DNA of 42,489 nucleotides from Chloroflexota bacterium. GTDB lineage: Bacteria > Chloroflexota > Dehalococcoidia > Lucifugimonadales > Australimonadaceae. This document shows, piece by piece, positions 1 through 8,269 of this stretch. The first letter of the stretch is position 1. Every line of letters begins with the position of its first letter. The stretch covers positions 1-42,489 of the forward strand of contig JACZSI010000001.1 in assembly GCA_022574265.1 (NCBI GenBank), in the 5' to 3' direction. The translations under genes were made by a program, and so were the position numbers. Under the pieces are notes generated by a model. That model searched no databases. It was not told the origin of the DNA and saw nothing but the letters and a program-made list of their open reading frames with translations.

Positions 1-2525
1 GCGTCGACGAAGGTCGCGCTCAGCGTGACGTTCGTTCCCTCCGTGGTCGCCTGGTCGGCGCCTGCGGCCACGACGGGAGCGTCCTGGACGTCGACGACCA
101 GCGTGTCGCTCCCGACGGCGCCGTCGTCGTCGGTGACGGTCACGGTCACGGTGAACAGGCCGTCGGTGGCGTACGTATACGAGCCGCTGACGGTGCCGAG
201 GGCCTGGTCGAGCGTGCCCGTGGCGACCGGCGAGCCGTCGCCCCAGTCGATGGACGCGATGTGCGTGTCGGCCGTGCCGGCGTCGGTGAACGTCGCCAGC
301 TGGGCGCTGAGCGTCGCGTCAAGCAGCAGCGATGTGTTGGGCGCAGCGTCGACGACCGGGGTGGCGTTGCCGACGGTGACCGTCATGGAGTCGCCGCCGA
401 AGAGGGCCTTGTCGTCGGTCACCGTCGCCGTGGCCACGAAGATTCCATCGTCGGCGTAGGCGTGGGAGCTGACACCGGTGTTGAGGACCTGGTCGGCGGT
501 CCCTGTGGCGACGGTACCGTCACCCCAGTCGATGGACGCGGTGAGCGTCTCCAGCACGTTGAGGTCCGAGAACGTCGCGTCGAGGCTGACCGTTGCGCCC
601 TCGAGGACGGCGAGGTCCGCGCCGACGGTGACGACGGGCGCGACCTGCAGCGCTACCCCGGCGAAGGCGCCGTTGACCCGCCCGTGGCCGAAGGTGTTGT
701 CGGCGCCGCCTACCCCGAGGTCGTCGGCGGTGTCGGTGATGGCCGTGCGCAGCGCCGCGCGGTCGGCGGTTGGGTCGTCGCCGGCCTCGCCGGCGAGCAG
801 GTCGGGGCGCATCTGCAACAGGAGCGCGGCGAGCCCCGCGACGTGCGGAGCGGCCGCGGACGTCCCGAAGAAGGTCTTGGGGAAGGCGCCCGCGCCGGTG
901 ACGGCGACGCCGTCGATGGCGGTGACGTCGGGCTTGAGCGCGCCTCCCGCGGGGCCCTGACTGCTGAAGGGCTCGATGGTGTCGTGGCCGTCGTCGTCCG
1001 CGTCGATGGCACCGACGGAGAGGACGCCGCCGCCGGCATCCGACTGGGCGGGGACGCTGCCGGCGACGGTGTTGTAGTTGAACCGCGCCCCGCCGGCGAA
1101 GGGAAGGCCCCCCGACTGGACGAACATCTCCAGGACATGAGGGGGGGAGGAGGCGTTCAAGAAGTTCTGGACGAGCACGTCGTAGGTCTTGGTCACGCCC
1201 GAGGCGTTCGTGAACGCGATGACCTCGCTGGGCTCCCCCGTTCCGGTGTCCGCGTGGTTGTCGTCGCCGCCCACCGCGACCACCGGTCCGGTGGGGAACT
1301 CTCGCAGGAAGAGATCGTAGTCGGTCGTTGCGGCGCCGAAGTCGTCGTCCCAGGTGAGGCGGATCACGATCGTCCCACCAGGTGCGACCGCTACCTGGTT
1401 CGCGGCGCGCGTTCCCAGGCTCTGGGCGTCGGTGGTCTTCGCGGTCGCCTTGAACTCGTGGAGCCGGCCGGCCACGTTCGTGAAGGGGGCGCCGTCGACG
1501 CCCGAATCCACGTACGTCTCCTCGTAGTGTCGAAGCGCGTGGTTCCCGGCCGACGTCGCGTACGCCCGGATGGGGTTGGCGGCGTTCGTCAGCGCGGCGG
1601 CGGTGTTCGTCGATACGTCGCTCGACTGGTCCGTTGGCCTGGCGAAGAAGCCGATGTCGTCGATGACGACGTCGCTGACGCTGGCGAGGTAGTCCACCGC
1701 AGCCATGAACTCAAGCGTCGTGGAGAAGTTGGCGAACCGGAGCTGCGCGCCGGGGGCGATGTCGTGGATGATCTCCAGGATCGCCGTGCCCTCGGCGCCG
1801 ACCCCGCCGTCGAGGCCCGCTTCGAGGTCGCCGTCGGCGCGGAAGGACGTTGAGATGACCCCGTCGCTGGTCGCGGTCAGCTTGCCGCCCCCATCGCGCG
1901 TCTCGGACGTCGCCGGCAGGTCGCCGGAGCCCACGGCCGACAGCAGTCCGGCGATGCCGTCGGAGATGACGCCGACCGTCACGCCGGTGCCGTCGACGCC
2001 CTGGGCCGCGCGCAGATCGTCGAAGCTCAGGATCGAGTCGCCCGCCGTCAGGGCAGAGCCGGCGTTGACGAAGCCGTAGACCGGCGGTGTGACTGAGCGG
2101 ACGCCAGCCAGGTCCGCGACCTGCGCCAGGACGCCAAGCGGCACGTGCGCCTGGACGGTGCTCCCGTCCTCGGACTCGCGCTCGATGACCACGCCGAGGG
2201 ACGTGAGCGCGGCGCGCAGCGCGTCGTCGATCGCCGCGACGTGGATGTACGTCTGCACGCCGTCGCCGGTGATTCGGACGATGCCGGCCGTGAGGTAGGC
2301 GGCGCTCGGGGAGCTCGGCTCGGCTAGCGCTGCTGCGTAGCCGGCCGGTGCGGCGGGGGCGTACTCGAACGCCTCGAGGAGGACGACGAGCGGCCCCGAC
2401 AGCTTCGACGGTGGCTTCGCGGGCGGCTCGTGGTCCGCCGCGCTCGCCGTCACGAGCGCGAGCGCCGCGGCCGCGAGGGCGGCGGTCAGCGCGAGCGCGA
2501 GTCGGGCCGGCGGGTGGTGGGGCAT
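1..2525 (-). CDS. secreted subtilisin-like (S8) serine peptidase with C-terminal PKD-like repeats; its 3' end runs off the left edge of the window
   Basis: Absent from the ORF track because there is no stop in the window. My reverse-strand translation from the ATG (rc of cat 2523-2525) gives MPHHPPARLALALTAALAAAALALVTASAA, a signal peptide. It then gives GVTVGVISDG, ILEIIHDIAPGA and GTSAAAPHVAGLAALLL, which are S8-type Asp/His/Ser motifs. Two repeats follow with SIDWGDG(T/S)...G.F.V(T)...VTDD (PKD-like), plus the start of a third. The frame stays open down to position 3. Confidence 0.8.
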   Translation of the reverse strand, partial: MPHHPPARLALALTAALAAAALALVTASAADHEPPAKPPSKLSGPLVVLLEAFEYAPAAPAGYAAALAEPSSPSAAYLTAGIVRITGDGVQTYIHVAAIDDALRAALTSLGVVIERESEDGSTVQAHVPLGVLAQVADLAGVRSVTPPVYGFVNAGSALTAGDSILSFDDLRAAQGVDGTGVTVGVISDGIAGLLSAVGSGDLPATSETRDGGGKLTATSDGVISTSFRADGDLEAGLDGGVGAEGTAILEIIHDIAPGAQLRFANFSTTLEFMAAVDYLASVSDVVIDDIGFFARPTDQSSDVSTNTAAALTNAANPIRAYATSAGNHALRHYEETYVDSGVDGAPFTNVAGRLHEFKATAKTTDAQSLGTRAANQVAVAPGGTIVIRLTWDDDFGAATTDYDLFLREFPTGPVVAVGGDDNHADTGTGEPSEVIAFTNASGVTKTYDVLVQNFLNASSPPHVLEMFVQSGGLPFAGGARFNYNTVAGSVPAQSDAGGGVLSVGAIDADDDGHDTIEPFSSQGPAGGALKPDVTAIDGVAVTGAGAFPKTFFGTSAAAPHVAGLAALLLQMRPDLLAGEAGDDPTADRAALRTAITDTADDLGVGGADNTFGHGRVNGAFAGVALQVAPVVTVGADLAVLEGATVSLDATFSDLNVLETLTASIDWGDGTVATGTADQVLNTGVSSHAYADDGIFVATATVTDDKALFGGDSMTVTVGNATPVVDAAPNTSLLLDATLSAQLATFTDAGTADTHIASIDWGDGSPVATGTLDQALGTVSGSYTYATDGLFTVTVTVTDDDGAVGSDTLVVDVQDAPVVAAGADQATTEGTNVTLSATFVD

Positions 2526-2645
2526 CTATCTTCATCCGATCGACCGGATCGGGTCTGGGAGCGGCGCGTACCGTAGCGGCTCCGGGTGGGGATTGCATCT
2601 CCGTGCGGTAGCCTATGGACTGCGACGGAAGCGGGAGGCGCGACG

Positions 2646-3386
2646 ATGCCGGACCTGACCATCAACGGCTACAAGCACCACTACGAGGAGGTGGGCGACG
2701 GTCCGCCGATGGTGTTCATCGCCGGCACGCGCTTCGATGCCGCGCGGGACTGGGTCCCCTACATGCGGGAGAACGCCGCGGGGTTCCGCGTCGTGATGCC
2801 CGACCCGCGCGGGCTCGCCGATAGCGAGCACACCACCGACGTGGCGCCGCAGGACTGGGTGCGCGACCTGGGCGCGCTGCTCGACGGCCTCGGCATCGAC
2901 GCGGTGCACCTGGCGTCGGAGACCCTCGGCACGCGCATCGCCACGCGCTTCGCCTACGAGCACCCGGAGCGGGTGCGGAGCCTGGTCTTGAACGGCGTCA
3001 TCGCCTACAGCTACGCGGGGGGCGACGACGAACGGCGCGGGCAGACCGACGGTATGCCCGCCGATCGGCTCGAGCAGCTGACGCACTACCACGGCGCGGA
3101 CGCTCTCGCCGTGAACGACTTCTACCTCGACCTGCACGCCGACCCGGCTTTCCACGACTACTACGACCTGCGGAAGATCGCGGCCGACGTGCGCGCGCCC
3201 GTGCTGCTGCTCCGAGGCGACGTCGACGACCAGCGCCACCCGGTGCAGCACTCGGTGGACCTGCACGGGCTGTTCCCCGACTCCCGGCTCGCGATCTTCG
3301 CGGGCACGCCCTTCAACGCGATGCGCCATCGGCCGGCGGAGTCGTGGGCGCTGATCCGCGAGCTGACTGAGGGCGCGGCGACGTAG
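2646..3386 (+). CDS. alpha/beta-fold hydrolase
   Basis: ORF 2586-3386. I prefer the internal ATG at 2646 (MPDLTINGYKHHYEEVGDGPPMVFIAG...) because GGGAGG lies 7 nt upstream. The layout is typical for an alpha/beta hydrolase: the HHYEE.G.GPP.VF..G N-terminus and PDPRG. The nucleophile elbow is non-canonical (HLASETLG). Confidence 0.75.
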   Translation: MPDLTINGYKHHYEEVGDGPPMVFIAGTRFDAARDWVPYMRENAAGFRVVMPDPRGLADSEHTTDVAPQDWVRDLGALLDGLGIDAVHLASETLGTRIATRFAYEHPERVRSLVLNGVIAYSYAGGDDERRGQTDGMPADRLEQLTHYHGADALAVNDFYLDLHADPAFHDYYDLRKIAADVRAPVLLLRGDVDDQRHPVQHSVDLHGLFPDSRLAIFAGTPFNAMRHRPAESWALIRELTEGAAT

Positions 3387-3408
3387 GGGCGCACGGCGTG
3401 CGCACGCG

Positions 3409-4620
3409 CTAGCGCCGCAGGGGCGCGAGCGCCATGACCAGCGGCACCGGCGCCATGATCGCCGCCGACAGGAAGAACACCGAGGCGCGGTCGCCCGTCA
3501 CGCTGACCAGCAGGCCCGCGAGCAGCGGCGCGATGAGCCCGGCGACGAAGCTCGTGGCGAACATGAAGCCCACCACCGTTCCCTGAGCGTTCGGCGGCGC
3601 CGAGTCCATGGCCGCCGCGTTGGTCACGTCCTGCACGGTCCAGAGGAACACGCCGGTGAACGCGATCGCGATCATCAGCGGTACCCCCGACCCGGCGATG
3701 CCCATCGCCGCCATCCCCACCGCGATCGCGCCCATCGCGACGACGAGCGGGATGCGCCGGCCGATGCGGTCCGAGAGGTACCCGAACAACGGTCCCAGCG
3801 GCACGCCCAACAGCGTCAGCAGGGCGATGTGGAAGCCGACGCCTCGGCTGTCCATGCCGAGGTCGTTGGCCAGGTAGAGCGGCAGGAAGACGAGCAGCCC
3901 GAAGTGCGCGAACGACCGGGAGAAGTTCGCGTAGGCGAGGGTCCTATAGACGGGGTACTGGAGCAGGGTGAAGAAGTCGCGGACCCGTACCGGCTCGGTG
4001 CTCTTCGGCCGCTCGATGGGCGGCGCTCCGGAGAGCATCCAATAGAGGCCCGCGGCCAGTGCGACCGCCGGGACGGCGCTCACGATCACGTAGATGCGCC
4101 AGTCGTCGCTCAGCACCGCGGCCAAGATGAGGCCCACGCCGAGGGGGCCGAGCGCCTCGCCGGCGCCCGAGCCCGCGCCGTGGAAGGCGATGGCCATGCC
4201 GCGGCGCTCGGCGAACCGGCTGGCAAGCATCGAGATGGCGGGCGGGTGCCAGAAGGACGCCGCCATGGCGGCGAGCGCGAAAGCGGCCGCGACGCCCCAG
4301 ACCCAGGGCAGGAATCCCGCCAGCATCATGGCGAGGGCGACCAGCAGGAACGACACCGGCAGCATCACGGCCCAGTGCCGCTGCAGCCGGTCGGCGACGT
4401 AGCCCGCGAAGAAGTTCGGCAGCCCGGCCCCGGCGGAGCGGACGGTGACGAACGCGGAGATGGCGAGCGCGCTCATGGCGTACTCGCGCTCGATCAGCGG
4501 GAGGAAGACGGCGAACGCCGCGAGATACCAGTGCTTGAGGCCGTGGCCGACGGAGATGGTGGCTATGTAGGCGGGCCCGCTCGCACGGAACGAGGAACGC
4601 TGAGCCGGCTGGCTACTCAC
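3409..4620 (-). CDS. MFS transporter
   Basis: ORF 3409-4758 is hydrophobic throughout with about 12 predicted TM stretches and carries the MFS loop motif GYVADRLQRH. The first 46 codons of the track ORF overlap hisA in another frame. The likely start is GTG at 4620 (rc of cac 4618-4620), overlapping the hisA stop by 8 nt, which gives about 403 aa. Confidence 0.75.
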   Translation of the reverse strand: MSSQPAQRSSFRASGPAYIATISVGHGLKHWYLAAFAVFLPLIEREYAMSALAISAFVTVRSAGAGLPNFFAGYVADRLQRHWAVMLPVSFLLVALAMMLAGFLPWVWGVAAAFALAAMAASFWHPPAISMLASRFAERRGMAIAFHGAGSGAGEALGPLGVGLILAAVLSDDWRIYVIVSAVPAVALAAGLYWMLSGAPPIERPKSTEPVRVRDFFTLLQYPVYRTLAYANFSRSFAHFGLLVFLPLYLANDLGMDSRGVGFHIALLTLLGVPLGPLFGYLSDRIGRRIPLVVAMGAIAVGMAAMGIAGSGVPLMIAIAFTGVFLWTVQDVTNAAAMDSAPPNAQGTVVGFMFATSFVAGLIAPLLAGLLVSVTGDRASVFFLSAAIMAPVPLVMALAPLRR

Positions 4621-5350
4621 CCCCGAGCTCCGCGACCGCTTCGGCCAGGTCGACGGTGCCCTCGTAGACCGCCCGCCCGACGATCGCACCCTCGACGCCG
4701 AGCCCCGCGAGGCGCTTGAGGTGATCGAGGGTGGCGACGCCGCCCGAGGCGATGACACGGACGCCCCCGCCGAGCTCCCGCGCCTGGAGCACGAGGGCCG
4801 CGAGCCCGTCGAAGTCCGGCCCGCTCAGCGTGCCGTCGCGCGCGACGTCGGTCGCGATGAACCGCCGGACGCCGACCTCAGCCATCCGCGCCATGAGGCC
4901 GGTGGCCGGCACGCTCGTGCTCTCCGTCCAACCGCTGACGGCGATCAGGCCGTCGACCGCGTCGAGACCGACGACGATGCGCGCAGGACCGTGCACATCG
5001 AGCAGCTCCGAGACGAGCCTGGGGTCTCTTACGGCGGCGGTGCCGACGACGACGCGGCCGACGCCCGCGTCGAGCGCCGCCGCGACGTCCGCGGCCGTAC
5101 GCATGCCGCCGCCCAGCTCGATCGGGACCGAGACAGCGGCGGCGATGGCGCGGACGACCTCGGTGTGCGCCGGAACGCCGGAGCGGGCGGCGTCGAGGTC
5201 AACGACGTGGATGCGCGGGGCTCCGGCGGCCTCGAAGGTGCGGGCGACGGCGAGGGGGTCGTCGGAGAACGTCGTCTGCCGCTCGTAGTCGCCCTGGACG
5301 AGCCGCACGACGCTCCCGGCCCGCAGGTCGATCGCGGGGATGATTTCCAT
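4613..5350 (-). CDS. hisA: ProFAR isomerase (1-(5-phosphoribosyl)-5-[(5-phosphoribosylamino)methylideneamino]imidazole-4-carboxamide isomerase)
   Basis: MEIIPAIDLRAGSVVRLVQGDYERQTTFSDDP...HVVDLDAARSG...IASGGV is a classic HisA (beta/alpha)8 signature. Confidence 0.9.
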   Translation of the reverse strand: MEIIPAIDLRAGSVVRLVQGDYERQTTFSDDPLAVARTFEAAGAPRIHVVDLDAARSGVPAHTEVVRAIAAAVSVPIELGGGMRTAADVAAALDAGVGRVVVGTAAVRDPRLVSELLDVHGPARIVVGLDAVDGLIAVSGWTESTSVPATGLMARMAEVGVRRFIATDVARDGTLSGPDFDGLAALVLQARELGGGVRVIASGGVATLDHLKRLAGLGVEGAIVGRAVYEGTVDLAEAVAELGGE

Positions 5351-5377
5351 CAGAGAGTCTCCATCAGGCGGTCGCCA

Positions 5378-6004
5378 TCAAGTGGCACGGGGCCGGACCA
5401 GGTGCTTGACGAAGTTGTCGTAGAGCCGCAGACCGACGTCGCCGCTCTTCTCCGGGTGGAACTGCGTCGCCACCAGGTTGTCCCGCGCGACGACGCTGGC
5501 GAACTCGGTGCCGTACGTGGTCGTGCCGGCGACCCATGCCTCGTCCGAGGGCGCGGCGTAGTAGCTGTGCACGAAGTAGAAGTAGCTGCCCGGCGGCACG
5601 CCGTCGAACACCGGGTGCTCGCCCCGCGGCTCCACGGCGTTCCAGCCCATGTGCGGTACCTTCAAGCGGCCGTCGAAGCGCTTCACCGTTCCGGGGATCA
5701 CGCCGAGGCAGTCGGTGTTGCCCTCCTCCGACCGCTCGAGCAGCACCTGGAGTCCGAGGCAGACGCCGAAGAACGGCGTGCCGGCCGCGATGGCCGCCCG
5801 CACGGCATCGCCCATGCCGTCGCGCTCGAGCGCCGCCATGGCGGGCGGCGAGGCGCCCTGGCCGGGGAACACGATGGCGGGGGCGTCCGCGAGCGCGGCG
5901 GGATCGGACGCGAACACGGCCCGGTGGCCGAGCCGCTCGAACGCCTTCTGGACGCTGCGCAGGTTCCCCGCGCCGTAGTCGATGATGACGATGGGCTCCA
6001 CCAC
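5378..6004 (-). CDS. hisH: imidazole glycerol phosphate synthase, glutamine amidotransferase subunit
   Basis: VIIDYGAGNLRSVQKAFERLG...FPGQG...FFGVCLGLQVL...HSYY...ATQFHPEKS shows the class-I GATase Cys-His-Glu motifs. Two adjacent GTG starts exist (6004 and 6001). A TAGAAT box ends 3 and 6 nt upstream of them, so the mRNA may be leaderless from 6001. Confidence 0.9.
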   Translation of the reverse strand: MVEPIVIIDYGAGNLRSVQKAFERLGHRAVFASDPAALADAPAIVFPGQGASPPAMAALERDGMGDAVRAAIAAGTPFFGVCLGLQVLLERSEEGNTDCLGVIPGTVKRFDGRLKVPHMGWNAVEPRGEHPVFDGVPPGSYFYFVHSYYAAPSDEAWVAGTTTYGTEFASVVARDNLVATQFHPEKSGDVGLRLYDNFVKHLVRPRAT

Positions 6005-6012
6005 CCCATTCT

Positions 6013-6060
6013 ACGAGGGCACAGCCCTCGACCCACAACAAGGGCGTAGCCCTTGACCCA
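6013..6060 (-). repeat. two tandem 23-bp palindromic units (family D) abutting the hisH -10 box
   Basis: On the minus strand the units read TGGGTCAAGGGCTACGCCCTTGT and TGGGTCGAGGGCTGTGCCCTCGT with a 25-bp period. The second unit runs straight into TAGAAT (6013-6008). Related copies lie at 41015-41037 and 34519-34541. Confidence 0.55.
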
Positions 6061-6109
6061 CATGGGGTAGTGCCGTGGAGCCGTGCGACCGCTTCATGCA
6101 GCGCGCGCC

Positions 6110-6300
6110 GGGGGCTGCCAGCGGCCTTTCCGCTTGTCGAGCGACGACGCACGCTTGCCGAGGACAACCCGCCTCGTGGGCAAGCCCTCGCTCATCCTTC
6201 GAGAGCCTCAGGACGAGCGGGAAGGGGGCTGCGAGCGGCCTTTCCGGTAGGGGCGCACGACGTGCGCCCTCAGCCCCCGTTCGTGCTGAGGCTCTCGAAG
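6110..6300. repeat. mosaic intergenic repeat element (family A)
   Basis: A direct repeat GGGGGCTGC(C/G)AGCGGCCTTTCCG occurs at 6110-6132 and 6224-6246. Inverted arms CTTCGAGAGCCTCAGGACGAGCGG (6197-6220) and CCGTTCGTGCTGAGGCTCTCGAAG (6277-6300) are present. A hairpin module GTAGGGGCGCACGACGTGCGCCC lies at 6247-6269. The same arm sequence recurs at 29713-29816. Confidence 0.6.
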
Positions 6301-6344
6301 CACGGACGGTGGCTCGGCACCGGGGGGCCGGGGCTGTGGCGTTG

Positions 6345-7472
6345 TCACGCCAGCGCCGGCATCGGGGTGACGAGGCTGGCGTCGATGGCCTCGATGCTCC
6401 CGCGGCCGGTCAGCATCATCGTCGACTCCACCTCGTCGCGCAGGATCTCCATCAGCTTGATGAGGCCGTCGGAGCCGCCGTAGGACAGTCCCCAGAAGAT
6501 GGGCCGGCCGAAGAAGACGCCCTTCGCGCCCAAGGCGATCGCCTTGACGACGTCGGTGCCGCGCCGGATGCCGCCGTCGAGGTAGACCTCCACCCGCTCG
6601 CCGGCCGCCGCCGCGACCTCCGGCAGCACCTCGATGGTCGAGAGCGTCGTGTCCAGGTTGCGCGCGCCGTGGTTGGAGACGATCAGGCCGTCGACGCCAT
6701 TCTCGGCGCAGAGGCTCGCGTCCTCGCCGGTCATGATGCCCTTGCACACGATCGGGAGGTCGGTCGCCGTCTTGAGCCACTCGATGTCGGCCCACGAGGC
6801 CGCGGGGTCGTTCAGGCCGCGGCTGGACTGGCCGGAGTCGAACATCGACTTCGAGTTGGCCGCCGCCTGTGCCTCCTGCGCGGGCGTGTAGTTCGCGCGG
6901 GCGCCCCGCTTGTACTTGTTGCGTATGTTCCGCTCGCGCTTGGACGGCCAGTGCGCGTCGAGCGTTAGTATGATGGCCTTGAAGCCGGCCTGCTCGGCGC
7001 GCTTGACCATCTCGAGGGTCAGCTCGCGGTCGCGGTAGAAGTAGGTCTGGAACCACTTCGGCCCGTCGGTCTCGGCGGCCACGTCCTCGATCGGTACGCT
7101 TGAGTTGGCGGTGAGCCCCATGACGGTGCCCATGTGCGCGGCGGCCCGCGCGGTCGCGAGCTCCGCGTCCGGGTGCGCGCGCTTGTGGCCTCCCGACGGC
7201 GCCAGCATGAACGGCACCTCGATGCGCTGTCCGAGGACGGTGGTCGAGAGGTCGGCCGCGGCATTCCCGGCCAGCACGCGCGGGCGCAGGGCTAGGTGCT
7301 CGTACGCCGAGCGCGTGCGCCGCAGCGTCAGCTCGTCCGTCGCGCCGCCCGCCACGTAGTCGAACTCGTTATGGGCCATCTGCTGCTCGGCGAGCAGCTC
7401 GAAATCGAAGAGATTGATGGGTTCAACCAAGGGCACGGGCACGCGCTCCGCCTCGGGATCGGCCATGTTCAC
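6345..7472 (-). CDS. FMN-dependent alpha-hydroxy-acid dehydrogenase/oxidase family protein (L-lactate dehydrogenase or glycolate oxidase-like)
   Basis: 375 aa. It has the DYVAGGATDELTLRRTRSAYEHLALRPRVL N-terminus, then ...KGIMTGEDA...VSNHGARNLD...LDGGIRRGTDVVKAIALGA, typical of the FMN-dependent dehydrogenase family. GAGAGGAAG lies just upstream of the ATG. Confidence 0.85.
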   Translation of the reverse strand: MNMADPEAERVPVPLVEPINLFDFELLAEQQMAHNEFDYVAGGATDELTLRRTRSAYEHLALRPRVLAGNAAADLSTTVLGQRIEVPFMLAPSGGHKRAHPDAELATARAAAHMGTVMGLTANSSVPIEDVAAETDGPKWFQTYFYRDRELTLEMVKRAEQAGFKAIILTLDAHWPSKRERNIRNKYKRGARANYTPAQEAQAAANSKSMFDSGQSSRGLNDPAASWADIEWLKTATDLPIVCKGIMTGEDASLCAENGVDGLIVSNHGARNLDTTLSTIEVLPEVAAAAGERVEVYLDGGIRRGTDVVKAIALGAKGVFFGRPIFWGLSYGGSDGLIKLMEILRDEVESTMMLTGRGSIEAIDASLVTPMPALA

Positions 7473-7542
7473 TTCCTCTCTCCAGCCACGGCCTCGCCTT
7501 CGCCGTCGCGTTCCGCGCCGGTTCGCACGCGAAACCCCGGCG

Positions 7543-7551
7543 ATTATAGCA
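7543..7551 (-). promoter_or_regulatory. candidate extended -10 promoter (TGCTATAAT) for the FMN-dehydrogenase gene
   Basis: The rc of 7543-7551 reads TGCTATAAT, about 70 nt upstream of the ATG at 7472. There is no good -35. Confidence 0.35.
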
Positions 7552-7634
7552 ACCGGACGGGTGGGTGCAGGGGGCCTGGCGGGGGTCCGGCGAGAGGCTG
7601 CCGGAGGTACCGGAAAATCCCATGCAGACGGTGG

Positions 7635-7663
7635 TTGACACGTTCCTGAGGGCAGGATAGCAT
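7635..7663 (+). promoter_or_regulatory. sigma-70-type promoter of the ribosomal super-operon
   Basis: TTGACA (7635-7640), a 17-nt spacer, then TAGCAT (7658-7663), about 65 nt upstream of rpsL. The architecture matches the promoter at 34489-34517. Confidence 0.55.
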
Positions 7664-7728
7664 TGGAACGTTCGCGTCCAAACGGGTGTGGACGGTCGCT
7701 GGGAACGGGCGAAAAGGGACGGACTCAG

Positions 7729-8139
7729 ATGCCGACGGTGAACCAGCTTGTGCGCCATGGGCGGAAGCGTTTGGTCAAGAAGATCAAGGCGCCGGCGCTA
7801 CGCTACATCCGGAACACCCTCAAGAACCGCGTCTACCGCGGTACGGGTAGTCCGCAGAAGCTGGGCGTCTGCGTCCAGGTCCGGACCGTGACGCCCAAGA
7901 AGCCAAACTCGGCTCTTCGCAAGGTGGCCAGGGTCAGGATGACCAACGGGATGGAGGTCACTGCCTACATCCCCGGCGAGGGCCACACGTTGCAGGAGCA
8001 CTCCGTCGTGCTGATCCGCGGCGGCCGTGTGAAAGACCTGCCGGGCGTGCGCTACCACATCATCCGTGGTGCGCTCGATGCAACCGGTGTGGCCGGCCGC
8101 AAGCGGGGGCGGAGCAAGTACGGGACCAAGCGCTCCTAA
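7729..8139 (+). CDS. rpsL: 30S ribosomal protein uS12, with an internal insertion
   Basis: [13 protein letters not shown]...[20 protein letters not shown]...[23 protein letters not shown]. The ATG at 7729 lies inside track ORF 7663-8139. Confidence 0.95.
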   Translation: MPTVNQLVRHGRKRLVKKIKAPALRYIRNTLKNRVYRGTGSPQKLGVCVQVRTVTPKKPNSALRKVARVRMTNGMEVTAYIPGEGHTLQEHSVVLIRGGRVKDLPGVRYHIIRGALDATGVAGRKRGRSKYGTKRS

Positions 8140-8269
8140 GCTCCTCGCTTGATTCCCCGCCGGGGGCCTCACGGCCGCCCGGAGGCGTTGGTGGCTCTTT
8201 GTTGACGAGCAAAGAGCGGGCGCGTAGTGCGTCCGCTCCATAAGGGTAAGACGGGGGAGAGGACGGGTC

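Noticed and set aside
261-1853. A 530-aa plus-strand ORF, and the 295-aa minus-strand ORF at 1711-2598.
   Set aside because: Both are alternative frames of the S8 peptidase/PKD gene. The real frame, which the track misses because it has no stop in the window, contains the signal peptide, the GTSAAAPHVAG motif and the IDWGDG PKD repeats.
6070-6968. Plus-strand ORFs 6070-6483 and 6075-6968 in the hisH / dehydrogenase spacer.
   Set aside because: They are translations of the family A repeat modules (VLRLSKHG and the like) that continue antisense into the dehydrogenase gene. They are not coding.
7473-7728. tRNA or small RNA genes in the larger intergenic regions (7473-7728, 8140-8269, 26144-26232 and 41035-41354).
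   Set aside because: I found no cloverleaf-compatible sequence (no GTTCRANYC T-loop with matching acceptor stems). The regions are accounted for by promoters, 5' UTRs, hairpins and repeat elements.
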